This document shows, in pieces, positions 14,837 to 23,385 of a stretch of DNA of 25,714 bases (its first letter is position 1; each line of letters starts with the position of its first letter). Source of the DNA: Minisyncoccia bacterium (GTDB taxonomy: Bacteria; Patescibacteriota; Minisyncoccia; UBA6257; 2-01-FULL-56-20). The DNA lies in assembly GCA_041487555.1 (NCBI GenBank), contig JBGPNL010000001.1:1-25714 (forward strand). Direction: 5' to 3'. Made by a program: the position numbers and the translations under genes. The notes below the pieces were generated by a model. The model did no database searches, was not told the DNA's origin, and saw nothing but the letters and a program-made list of their open reading frames with translations.

Positions 14837-15529
14837 ATGAGTGGGATGCAGAAAGGCAAATTCATCGTTATTGAAGGCACGGACGGTTCGGGTAAAACCG
14901 AGCAATTTAATCGTCTGCTCTTGCGGCTCCCGCAGGGAATGAAATTTTCGGTGCTCGATTTCCCACGCTACGAAGAGGGTTCTTCGTATTTCGTCAAAAA
15001 ATATCTCAATGGCGTGTATGGGACGCTCGAGGAAGTCGGGCCGAAGCAAGCCTCGCTTTTTTATGCGCTCGACCGGTTTGACGCGAGTTTTGAACTGCGA
15101 AAGTGGCTTGAAGAAGGGAAGTGCGTGGTTGCGAACCGCTATGTCGGTTCGAACATGGGCCATCAAGGAGCGAAAATAACGGACGAGAAAGAGCGCAAAA
15201 AACTTTTTGAATGGCTCTATGAACTTGAATATGGAACCTTGGGAATTCCGCGCCCGGACCTGAACATCATCCTCCATGTGCCTGCCGAGATCACGCAAGC
15301 CCTTGTCGACAAGAAAGGCAGCCGTGAATACGTGGGCGGAGCGAAGCGGGATTTGCACGAGGCGAACCTTGATCACCTCAAGAAAGCCGAACACGCATAT
15401 CTTGAGATGGCGGAGCTGTATCCAAAAGAATTCGTGCTTATCGAATGCGCCCCGAACGGGAAATTGCTTTCGATTGAAGAAATTCACGAAAAAGTGTGGG
15501 CGGTGGCAAAGCGGGTGATTGGCGCGTAA
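14837..15529 (+). CDS. tmk: Thymidylate kinase
   Basis: KGKFIVIEGTDGSGKT P-loop, FPRY, LFYALDR, NRY..SN, PDLNIIL. True start may be ATG 14846, 7 nt after TATAAT. Confidence 0.92.
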   Translation: MSGMQKGKFIVIEGTDGSGKTEQFNRLLLRLPQGMKFSVLDFPRYEEGSSYFVKKYLNGVYGTLEEVGPKQASLFYALDRFDASFELRKWLEEGKCVVANRYVGSNMGHQGAKITDEKERKKLFEWLYELEYGTLGIPRPDLNIILHVPAEITQALVDKKGSREYVGGAKRDLHEANLDHLKKAEHAYLEMAELYPKEFVLIECAPNGKLLSIEEIHEKVWAVAKRVIGA

Positions 15530-15569
15530 ACGCTTTGCTTAACCTGCTGTTTTTGTTATTCTTGAAATT

Positions 15570-16025
15570 ATGAAAGAACGATTTGAGCGACGGCCCGAGC
15601 CGCCGTCCGAAGATGAAAAAGGTGATACAAAAAAGACAAGCCGCCGTGATTTCTTGAAGAGCATCGGGAAAGTCGCCCTTGCGGTCGGTTCTGCGGCATA
15701 CGGGGTAGATCGTCTCGTGGAGAGCGCGCAAGAACACAATAAAAAAGAAAAGGAAAACAAGGAACACGAACAAATTGGAGAGGGCACTATACTTGAGAAA
15801 CGTGAGGATCCCATATCCTTCCCCGACTCCCTTTTAAGATTTCAGGTTCATGTTAAGTTCGAAGACAAAGACGGATGGGCCAATTTAACCAAAGGAGAAT
15901 TTAATAGTTGCGATGTTGGCGGAAAAATTCCCGTCGTATATGACGACCGAAACAAAAATATTTTGAAGCTAAAGACTGAGCTATACGGATACGAGCCCTT
16001 CGTTGGAGAGAAGCGCAAAGATTAG
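15570..16025 (+). CDS. Hypothetical protein with twin-arginine-like motif and hydrophobic segment
   Basis: SRRDFLKSIGKVALAVGSAAYG; preceded by TTGCTT-N16-TATTCT and 7 nt to ATG. Confidence 0.7.
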   Translation: MKERFERRPEPPSEDEKGDTKKTSRRDFLKSIGKVALAVGSAAYGVDRLVESAQEHNKKEKENKEHEQIGEGTILEKREDPISFPDSLLRFQVHVKFEDKDGWANLTKGEFNSCDVGGKIPVVYDDRNKNILKLKTELYGYEPFVGEKRKD

Positions 16026-16055
16026 GGTACGGCATTGTCCATAAGGTACTCAAAA

Positions 16056-16246
16056 GTTAAGTCCAGGCTTCTTCAAAACGATAAATTGTCGCCAAATGTC
16101 CAGCGAGCCGTTTTGGAGAACTGGGCATTTAACATACTTAGCACTAACGGAGATTTTCTCTTCCCGAGGGTTTCGCGGAGCCGCGAAAGCGGCGAGCGTA
16201 AGGGCGCTTCGAGTACGAAGCGACCCGTCCCTCGGAAAAGAAAATC
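16056..16246. repeat. Two long imperfect hairpins between convergent genes
   Basis: TTCTTCAAAACG / CGTTTTGGAGAA stem (outer span 16056-16133); GATTTTCTCTTCCCGAGGG / CCCTCGGAAAAGAAAATC (16152-16246) enclosing TTTCGCGG-AG-CCGCGAAA and GCTTCG..CGAAGC hairpins. Confidence 0.65.
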
Positions 16247-16250
16247 GTAG

Positions 16251-17540
16251 CTATTTCGCTTTCATAACGAGATCAAAGACCTGCTGCGCGATTTTGGGGG
16301 AACTTAGCGTTTTTCTGTATCTCTCGAGCGTACAAATACGGAGAGCCAGATACGATTGCGCAATCTCCTGCATATTCTTAAAGTGCGCGGGATACCGGTC
16401 TTTAAGCGATGCCGACTTTCCGTTTTCTTCGTAGATCTTGATATCCTTCGCCTCGAAGCGGTGGGGGTTGAATATCGGGACGAGGAGGATCGAGTTTTGA
16501 GGGATCCCGGCGATGGCGGCAATCTCATTTTCGAGACCCTCAAGCCCCGCTTGGTTTTTCTGTTCAAGCGATGCCGAGCGCATGATCCGCATCATTTCCT
16601 CGTTATTCACGCCGAAAGTTTTCGTCGATTTTTCGCTCGTCGATTCGGGATGGACGAATTGTTTCGGCCGGATGATGATGGTTTCGCGGAAAAGTTCGCG
16701 GTTCCTCAGTAATGTATACAATTCTTGCACGGTTTCATCCTTCGAGAAGCGGAGGCTGCCGAGCAGTTCCGAGTCGGTAAGGTTCGGAAGATCGTTGACT
16801 GTAATATCGTGGGCGTCAATGAGATGGTGGACGGTTTTTTGGAGCATTCGCTGAGCGATTGCCGATGCCTTGCGCAGATACACATTCTTATACATTTTCA
16901 TATAAAAATTTTGCGCTTCGATTGCATTGTCGACGACCTTCTCGTCGATGGCGAGTTCGCCGTTCACGAAATAAATATGCTTGCGCAGATAATCGACGCC
17001 GGCGGGGCGGGAGAGAATGGTCACGAGGCCGTCGCGCTCGAGATAGTCAAGTTTTTCCATGCCGAGGTTCTTGTCGTGTACGGCGAGGTAGAGCGGATTC
17101 TCGTGCGTCGCGAGTTTTAAAAGCAGGGGATAGTCGATCCCGCACGCTTCGATTTCTTTTCTCAGCCTTTTGATAATTTCAAGGCTCGATTCGTCGTTGT
17201 CTTTCCCGCAAAGGTCTTCGGTCACGTGCGAGAAGGCGGGGTGCCCGATGTCGTGGTAAAGGGCGTAGCCTGCGAGGGCGTCCGCTTCGCGCTCGGTAAT
17301 GAGACCGAATTCCACCCAGCGGTCGGCGAGCATTCTCGTTGCGTGATAGGCTCCGAGCGAGTGCGCTTTGCGCGTGTGCGTGGCCGAAGGAAAGGTGAGG
17401 TACGACATGCCAAGCTGGCGCTTGTCGCCCAGCGCCTGGAATTCTTTCGTCTCGACCATCGGCAAAACCGGCCGCACGTCAATGATGCCGTAGACCGGAT
17501 CGGCGATTACTTTCGGCGCGCTTATTTTTTTTCTGACCAT
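16251..17540 (-). CDS. HD-domain phosphohydrolase (SAMHD1/YwfO-like dNTP triphosphohydrolase family)
   Basis: DPVYGII, RQLGMSYLTFPSATHTRKAHSLG, LYHDIGHPAFSH and LDYLERD motifs. Confidence 0.88.
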   Translation of the reverse strand: MVRKKISAPKVIADPVYGIIDVRPVLPMVETKEFQALGDKRQLGMSYLTFPSATHTRKAHSLGAYHATRMLADRWVEFGLITEREADALAGYALYHDIGHPAFSHVTEDLCGKDNDESSLEIIKRLRKEIEACGIDYPLLLKLATHENPLYLAVHDKNLGMEKLDYLERDGLVTILSRPAGVDYLRKHIYFVNGELAIDEKVVDNAIEAQNFYMKMYKNVYLRKASAIAQRMLQKTVHHLIDAHDITVNDLPNLTDSELLGSLRFSKDETVQELYTLLRNRELFRETIIIRPKQFVHPESTSEKSTKTFGVNNEEMMRIMRSASLEQKNQAGLEGLENEIAAIAGIPQNSILLVPIFNPHRFEAKDIKIYEENGKSASLKDRYPAHFKNMQEIAQSYLALRICTLERYRKTLSSPKIAQQVFDLVMKAK

Positions 17541-17648
17541 AATACTATTGATTTTACTTTAGAACGATGGATGAAAATAAGCAATTTGATTGCAATCCGC
17601 GTCAAAATTCGTTACACTTTGTTTAGTTTTCCATTCGGAGAGAATACG

Positions 17649-18089
17649 ATGGATAAAGGGAAAAGTGTCGGTGCGATCATTACCGATCCCGCAGGGCGAT
17701 ATCTCATGCAATACCGACTGAAGCACCCGATCGGGCTTGCGATGCCTGCCGGGCACATGGACGCGAATGACGAATCTCCCGAAGACGCCATGCAGCGCGT
17801 GTTCGAAGAAACCGGGCTTTACGTTCGGCAGATGACGCGGGTGTTCTACGGTTTTGTTCCCGGCGACCGCGCTTGTAAGGAAGGGCATAAGGGGCATGAC
17901 TGGTGGATTTATCATCTTCTTACGGAAGGTGAGCCGCGGATCAAGGAGCCCCATAAGCACCTCTTCCTGAGATTCATGAGCTCAAAGGAAATCCGTGAAT
18001 GGGCGATAGGGAACAAGACCCATCCGAATTCGTTTCCCTGCGACCCGAATTGGTTCAAATATATTCTTCCGGCCCTCAATATTTTGTGA
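17649..18089 (+). CDS. Nudix hydrolase
   Basis: SVGAII..YLMQYR..PAGH..ESPEDAMQRVFEETGL Nudix-like box; GGAG upstream of ATG 17649. The track's 17226 start overlaps the HD gene. Confidence 0.8.
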   Translation: MDKGKSVGAIITDPAGRYLMQYRLKHPIGLAMPAGHMDANDESPEDAMQRVFEETGLYVRQMTRVFYGFVPGDRACKEGHKGHDWWIYHLLTEGEPRIKEPHKHLFLRFMSSKEIREWAIGNKTHPNSFPCDPNWFKYILPALNIL

Positions 18090-18100
18090 GGGCTTTTTCT
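18072..18100 (+). terminator. Intrinsic terminator at end of Nudix gene
   Basis: GCCCTCA-N8-TGAGGGC followed by TTTTTCT. Confidence 0.6.
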
Positions 18101-18136
18101 TTGGCAATTTTCCCTTTATAATAACAAAACGAACCT

Positions 18137-19759
18137 ATGGTCGAACTAAAACCTACTATTGGCCTCGAAATCCACGCGGAACTGAAGACGCGGACGAAGA
18201 TGTTCTGCGATTCATTGAATGACCCGGACGAGAAGCATCCGAACGCGAATGTCTGCCCTGTGTGCCTCGCGCATCCGGGCACCTTGCCCGTGATCAATAA
18301 AAAAGCCGTCGAGTCGGTTATTAAGGTGGGCCTCGCGCTTGGCGGGAAGATCAATCCGAAAACGAAATTCGATCGGAAGAATTATTTCTATCCCGATATT
18401 CCGAAGGGGTATCAAATCTCGCAGTATGACCTGCCGCTTGTGGTCGGGGGAATGCTGAATGGCAAGCGGATAACGCGCATACACCTTGAGGAGGATACGG
18501 GGACGTTAGTGCATACTACGCAGTCAGTGCCCGCACAAGGGGGTCCTTCGTCGGGCTCAGGACAACCAGCTTCGCTGGTTGACTTTAACCGCGCGGGCGT
18601 GCCTCTTATGGAGCTCGTAACGGAGCCGGATTTCACGGGTGCCGAGGACACCGTTGCGTTCGCACGCGAATTGCAGCTCATTCTTCGCTATCTCGGCGTT
18701 TCCGATGCTGATATGGAAAAGGGGCAGATGCGCATCGAGGCGAACATCAGCTTGAATATGGGCACGAAGGTGGAAGTGAAGAATATCAATTCGTTCAAAG
18801 CCGTTTTTGGTGCGATTCGTTATGAAATTGCGCGTCAGGCGGATGCGCTTGCGAAGGGTGAAAAATTGGTCCAAGAAACGCGGGGATGGGATGACGTGAA
18901 GCAGAGGACGGTTTCCCAGCGGTCAAAGGAAGGAGCGCAGGATTACCGATATTTCCCGGAGCCGGATCTGCCGTCGTTTGAGACGGATATTTTCGGTATC
19001 GAAAAACTCAGAGAATCTTTGCCCGAATTGCCGAGAGAAAAGAGGGTGAGGTTCGAGCGGGAATACGGCCTTGCGGCAGCGCAGGTTGAAATGCTTGTGG
19101 GTGAGCTGAAGCTCGCGGCATATTTTGAAGAGATGAGCAGCGAAATTTTAGAGTTATGTAATATTCCAACCCCGCATCTTCCAACGAAAACAATCGGTGA
19201 CTATAAAACATTCCGAGCAAATGTTATAGGTAGGGGGTATCACTACCTAGTAAATAACCTGGAGAGTCTTATAAATTCGAGCGGATTATCACGAGAAGAC
19301 GCATACGAAAAAGTTTCACCAGAACATCTCGCCCATCTCGCGTTCCTAGTTGAATTTGGCTTGCCCGAACTCCGCGAGAATGACAAAGAAGGTATTGCGA
19401 AGACGACAGAATTTTTAAATCTGATGGTTAAAACGGGGCTTGATGCCGAAGAGCTTCTTAGGGGATTTACCTCTCAGCAATCGAAAGAGATTATCGCCAA
19501 AATATATGAGTTGTATGGTAGCAAGACAAAGCTTAAGATTATTAGCAACAAGATGGGGTTTGGTAAAAAATTAGAGAGTGGTGAGTTCGAAGAAATAGTT
19601 GAAAAAATATTGGGTGCGCATCCGAGCGTAGTGGAAGATTATAAGAAAGGGAAAACAGCGAGTATCCAGTTTTTAATAGGGAAGTCCATGGCAGAACTCA
19701 AGGGCCGTGGCAATCCCGCGAAACTGAAAGAACTCATCGAGAAGATCCTGAAGAAATAA
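18137..19759 (+). CDS. gatB: Asp/Glu-tRNA(Asn/Gln) amidotransferase subunit B
   Basis: IGLEIHAEL, CPVCLAHPGTLP, FDRKNYFYPD, RIHLEED, VDFNRAGVPLMELVTEP, YRYFPEPDLP; C-terminal YqeY-like domain. Confidence 0.96.
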   Translation: MVELKPTIGLEIHAELKTRTKMFCDSLNDPDEKHPNANVCPVCLAHPGTLPVINKKAVESVIKVGLALGGKINPKTKFDRKNYFYPDIPKGYQISQYDLPLVVGGMLNGKRITRIHLEEDTGTLVHTTQSVPAQGGPSSGSGQPASLVDFNRAGVPLMELVTEPDFTGAEDTVAFARELQLILRYLGVSDADMEKGQMRIEANISLNMGTKVEVKNINSFKAVFGAIRYEIARQADALAKGEKLVQETRGWDDVKQRTVSQRSKEGAQDYRYFPEPDLPSFETDIFGIEKLRESLPELPREKRVRFEREYGLAAAQVEMLVGELKLAAYFEEMSSEILELCNIPTPHLPTKTIGDYKTFRANVIGRGYHYLVNNLESLINSSGLSREDAYEKVSPEHLAHLAFLVEFGLPELRENDKEGIAKTTEFLNLMVKTGLDAEELLRGFTSQQSKEIIAKIYELYGSKTKLKIISNKMGFGKKLESGEFEEIVEKILGAHPSVVEDYKKGKTASIQFLIGKSMAELKGRGNPAKLKELIEKILKK

Positions 19760-19784
19760 AAAACCCCGATATTGTGTCGGGGTT
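19757..19784 (-). terminator. Terminator between convergent gatB and pup-like gene
   Basis: AACCCCGA-T-N5-G-TCGGGGTT stem with a plus-strand A run upstream (U tract for the minus strand). Confidence 0.7.
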
Positions 19785-19789
19785 CATGG

Positions 19790-20005
19790 TTATTGCCCAC
19801 CTTTTCCGGTGTGCTTTTTGATGCGGATCTTTTTGCTTCCGCGGCGGTTGCGCCTTTCTTCGATCTTGCGCAGGAGATCTTTGCGCTTCTTCGTTGTTTC
19901 TTCGGTTTGCTTGTCGGGCGGTTTCTTATCGGGCGCCGCCGGTTTTTCCGGCTCTTGTTTCGGAGGCGGAGCGGGCTCTTTTTTCGGTGTTTGTTCTGCG
20001 TGCAT
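19790..20005 (-). CDS. pup: Pup-like protein modifier (71 aa, C-terminal GKGGQ)
   Basis: MHAEQT start, TEET..DLL and terminal KGGQ parallel actinobacterial Pup (MAQEQT, TEETDDLL, QKGGQ); GAGGTG SD; lies 16 nt downstream of a PafA-like gene. Confidence 0.8.
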   Translation of the reverse strand: MHAEQTPKKEPAPPPKQEPEKPAAPDKKPPDKQTEETTKKRKDLLRKIEERRNRRGSKKIRIKKHTGKGGQ

Positions 20006-20021
20006 CGTTCACCTCGCTAGA

Positions 20022-21590
20022 CTAGAGAAGACCTAATCTCTTTATAGCAGCCTTGCTTTTCTCGTCAAGCTGCGAGAGATCGTTCGCGCATGGATCGGGA
20101 AGGCTTATGCATCGCCAATCCGCCTCCGACGCCGATTCGCGGGCCTTCGCGGTGAACTTGATCGTCCGCCAGGCCGTCGCATCGAAATCGTATCCGAGCT
20201 CGCTCAACCTCTCGACGATCTTCGTGCGCAATGCGGCCCGCGTCCGCGGGGGAGTGGTGAGCGCTCTGCGTATCTCCGCGTCCGTTGTCAGCCGCTCAAA
20301 ACTTTCGAGCAGGCCATAGTAGGTGCTTTCACGGAAATCGATATCGTGGAACTGGAAATTGGTTTCATGGATTTTCGCGTCGGAGAGCGACGATATTCCC
20401 TGGGAATCCATTTGCTCTTCGATGAGCCATTCAAGCGTCGGCCAGTCCAGGATGCCGATAAGTTCGCGGGGGTCCCGCTCAAGAAGCGTGAGAGCCCGTT
20501 TCCACTCCGCAAGCAGCTGGGCGTGCTCCCAGAGCTCGTTCTGTTCGACATATTTTCGGCACATTTCGTAATAGCGCCAGAGGATATCCCTGACCGTACA
20601 TCGTACGCCGGTCACAAGCTTTATTTTGATGGTTCCCTCTTTGTTCATCGCGAGTTTCTTTATGAGCGTTATAAAGCCGTCGTTCTGATCGAGAAGATCG
20701 GCCGCAAGCGTGGGATCGAAGTCGTTCGACTCAAGCAGTTCGAGTACGAGCGAGCTCACGCCTACGGTGAGCCAGAGGCTTTTCTCAAGCATATGGCTGT
20801 CGCCGCAGATCACGTGCAGCCTGCTGTACACGCTTTTTGATTCGTCCTCGACAGAATCATCCACCCGCAAATTAATGAGGGAGCGTTGGTCTCTCCTTGT
20901 CGTCCCATCCGCGTGGAGGCCGCCGATGTTCATAAATCGGGGAGAAACGGCGAAAAGGAAATCGGGCTCACCCGAAGCGGCTTGCTGGGGAACTATTCCG
21001 CCGGATCCGGCGAAAAGATATCGTGCGGCGAGGAATAGCGCCCATGACTGCGCCTTTATGTGCATGGGTTTCTTATCCTCTTTGTATCTCAGCTGGTCGA
21101 ACAAGCTCCGGGTGATCCTGTAATTTTCGTGGAATGCCCTGGTTGAGAGAAAATCCGGCATGCTCATATGCGGCTGTCCCGTTATCTGGTTGCTCGGCAT
21201 GATGCTTGTATTTTTTTTGAAGATCTTTATCCCCGGAAGGCCCTTCACCTTAGATAGTTTGTTCCAGGCATCAAGGACGTCGTTCAAAAGAAGATCGATC
21301 GCTTTATCATAGGCGACGATCTCGATGGGATCGGTGCATTCCGGCGTGCATATTTCGAGGAGCGTGCCCATGTCCCGGTACGCCATGCCGCCGTTCCGGA
21401 GTATCAATCTGCCGCCGTTTCCCAGGTTTTTCCTGCTGTCCGGGGTCATGGAGAGGTCGCTCACGATATCGAGAAGCGTGTGGAAACAGATATGATTTGC
21501 CGACCCATTCGGGGAAGCGTCGATCGGATCGCCGTCATGATCGTAAAAGAGAACATCCAATTCGTGTTCTATGCCCATTATGCGCGGCAT
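20022..21590 (-). CDS. pafA: Pup ligase PafA-like (carboxylate-amine ligase fold)
   Basis: MPRIMGIEHE, LRNGGMAYRDMG, TPEC, FHENY, TTR..RSLINLR, RLHVICGDS, LDW, FHDI, PPRTRAALR. ATG 21590 chosen because GAGGAG lies just upstream (track start 21659). Ligase versus Dop identity inferred from the DMG motif and shorter N-terminal loop. Confidence 0.8.
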   Translation of the reverse strand: MPRIMGIEHELDVLFYDHDGDPIDASPNGSANHICFHTLLDIVSDLSMTPDSRKNLGNGGRLILRNGGMAYRDMGTLLEICTPECTDPIEIVAYDKAIDLLLNDVLDAWNKLSKVKGLPGIKIFKKNTSIMPSNQITGQPHMSMPDFLSTRAFHENYRITRSLFDQLRYKEDKKPMHIKAQSWALFLAARYLFAGSGGIVPQQAASGEPDFLFAVSPRFMNIGGLHADGTTRRDQRSLINLRVDDSVEDESKSVYSRLHVICGDSHMLEKSLWLTVGVSSLVLELLESNDFDPTLAADLLDQNDGFITLIKKLAMNKEGTIKIKLVTGVRCTVRDILWRYYEMCRKYVEQNELWEHAQLLAEWKRALTLLERDPRELIGILDWPTLEWLIEEQMDSQGISSLSDAKIHETNFQFHDIDFRESTYYGLLESFERLTTDAEIRRALTTPPRTRAALRTKIVERLSELGYDFDATAWRTIKFTAKARESASEADWRCISLPDPCANDLSQLDEKSKAAIKRLGLL

Positions 21591-21623
21591 GTGTCTCCTC
21601 TCGTGTGTAAAAATTCTGTCCTT

Positions 21624-21652
21624 AGTGTAGAACCTATCCAAAAAGTAGTCCA
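21624..21652 (-). promoter_or_regulatory. Putative sigma70 promoter for pafA-pup
   Basis: TGGACT-N17-TACACT on the minus strand, 33 nt upstream of ATG 21590. Confidence 0.45.
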
Positions 21653-21693
21653 TATGCATACTTTTGAGACGGGCTTCGGGCCATTGTTCCCGG

Positions 21694-21724
21694 AAAAGAA
21701 AAGAGGCACCTAAGAAGGTGCCTC
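21694..21724 (-). terminator. Intrinsic terminator overlapping the dop stop codon
   Basis: Minus strand GAGGCACC-TTCTTA-GGTGCCTC followed by TTTTCTTTT. Confidence 0.7.
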
Positions 21725-23338
21725 GGTGTTCAGGGCTTTGATCAATTCATAGAGGCTGTCGCTCGTTTCGACAAGATCCCCGATCATTCGCTTGCTGCCG
21801 AACCAGGGGTCGTAGTCCAGTATGTACGCATTGGAAGAGAGATGATCTCTTGCAGCCAGTTTTCCGGGGCCGGTGTAATAGAGCGTGCCCCAGGAAAGAG
21901 AGAGTATTTCGTCAGGAAATTTTTTTGCTATTTCCCCGCCGAAATAGGCGCGTGAATCGGTCGGCGGATGCGTCATTGCGTGTTCTATCTCCGCTTCCGT
22001 GACGATGCCGAGGGGCGTGCCCACGCCCGCGATCGGGCCGTCCGGAAATCCGTTCTTTTCGAGGTCGAAATAGGTGCCCTCGTCCGGGTTCATGTTGTGG
22101 TACTCGAGCGATTCCAGGTGGATGTCGCTTTTTGAAGCACCGGATTCCTTCACGAGTTCGAGGTATTCTTTTTTTATCGCGAAATCGAGATAGAATTTCA
22201 GGCGGCCGGGATCGGAATCAAAAAGGTCGAGGATAAAACCGAGTTTTTCGACGGCGTCGCGGAATGTTTCATTTCCCGTGTCATCGACGTATTGTTTCAT
22301 CGAAGAGAAGAATGCCCGTTGTATCTCGAGGGCGGAAACATCCCGTTCTCCGGCAAGTTCGATCACCCGTTCTTTTCCGGTGAGATCCCGCGAGATGGCG
22401 TGGAACGCCTTTATCGGATCACAGAGGGATAGGGACGGAAGCGGGTAATTTTCCGCGAGCATCTTGAGGAATAGCGCGGTTATTCCGTAGGACAGATATA
22501 TCGACCACGGAGCGATGAGCGCGTCGCCGCAGATCACGTGCAGTCTTCGGTATTTTTCCCTGTCGGCATAGGGGCGGTCGCGGGTATTGATCAACGCGCG
22601 ATAGCCCGTTGTTTCGAGGCCGCGCAGTTCGCTTATGAAATCGGCTCTTTGAAAGAGCTGGTACGAGCAGGGGTTGATGCCGCACTCGGACCCGACCTTG
22701 CCGCTCCCGCCGTAGATCCTGCTTACGAGAAATGCGAGCCAAGTTGCGGTTCTCTCCGAACTTCCGTACTCACCGGTGAGTTCTGTGAAAAGATCGGGGG
22801 GCAGGAGGTAGTTCTCGTGGCATGCCCAGCTCGGATGCTCGAGCGGCCCCGCGCCCCTGTACGCCCATCTTTTCGCCTTGATCCCGGATGAATTATTTTT
22901 GCATACCAGGATCGGGTCGTTCTCAAGGCCCAGTTTTTTCGTCGCTTCCCGCCGCATGATCTCGATGATCCGTTCGCTCGCTTTTTGCTGAAGCAGCAGT
23001 TCCTTCGGATGAGTGCATTCGGCGGTAGAGATCTCCGGGTGAAGCATGTCGACATATATGCGCATGCGATTGGGAAGCCTGTGGCCGGTGAATCCGCCGC
23101 AGCGCCTTTCCTCGATCTGCCGTTCATGAAGATCGATCGCGGTATCGATGTTTTTTTCTCCGCGGAATCTATGCGGGTCGAATTCTTCGGAATCTCTTGC
23201 TCCGTTGGATCTCCCGGCGGCGGCGACCATCGCGTACGGCACTTCGAGCTGCATAAATCGATCGCTGTAGTACAAGCTGTTCGTGTGGTATTCATTCTCG
23301 ATGCCGAAAAGCATTCGCCAACTTTTATTGTCGGGCAT
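21710..23338 (-). CDS. dop: Pup deamidase/depupylase Dop-like
   Basis: FGIENEY, long N-terminal loop, IYVDMLHPEISTAEC, KNN, CHENYL, GSGKVG, QRADF..GLETT..LINTRDRPYADREKYRRLHVICGD, YHNM; GGAG SD. Confidence 0.85.
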   Translation of the reverse strand: MPDNKSWRMLFGIENEYHTNSLYYSDRFMQLEVPYAMVAAAGRSNGARDSEEFDPHRFRGEKNIDTAIDLHERQIEERRCGGFTGHRLPNRMRIYVDMLHPEISTAECTHPKELLLQQKASERIIEIMRREATKKLGLENDPILVCKNNSSGIKAKRWAYRGAGPLEHPSWACHENYLLPPDLFTELTGEYGSSERTATWLAFLVSRIYGGSGKVGSECGINPCSYQLFQRADFISELRGLETTGYRALINTRDRPYADREKYRRLHVICGDALIAPWSIYLSYGITALFLKMLAENYPLPSLSLCDPIKAFHAISRDLTGKERVIELAGERDVSALEIQRAFFSSMKQYVDDTGNETFRDAVEKLGFILDLFDSDPGRLKFYLDFAIKKEYLELVKESGASKSDIHLESLEYHNMNPDEGTYFDLEKNGFPDGPIAGVGTPLGIVTEAEIEHAMTHPPTDSRAYFGGEIAKKFPDEILSLSWGTLYYTGPGKLAARDHLSSNAYILDYDPWFGSKRMIGDLVETSDSLYELIKALNTEAPS

Positions 23339-23385
23339 TTATTTCTCCGTATGGGTCAAAAGGCTCCTAGTACTATATAACGGCA

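Noticed and set aside
16035-16250. 71-aa plus-strand ORF
   Set aside because: Non-ATG start, runs through two long hairpins, basic low-information sequence.
17226-17648. N-terminal extension of the Nudix ORF
   Set aside because: Overlaps the HD gene antisense; the Nudix fold and an SD begin at 17649.
21591-21659. Longer pafA start at 21659
   Set aside because: Homology starts at MPRIMGIE with a GAGGAG SD, and the extension covers a promoter-like site.
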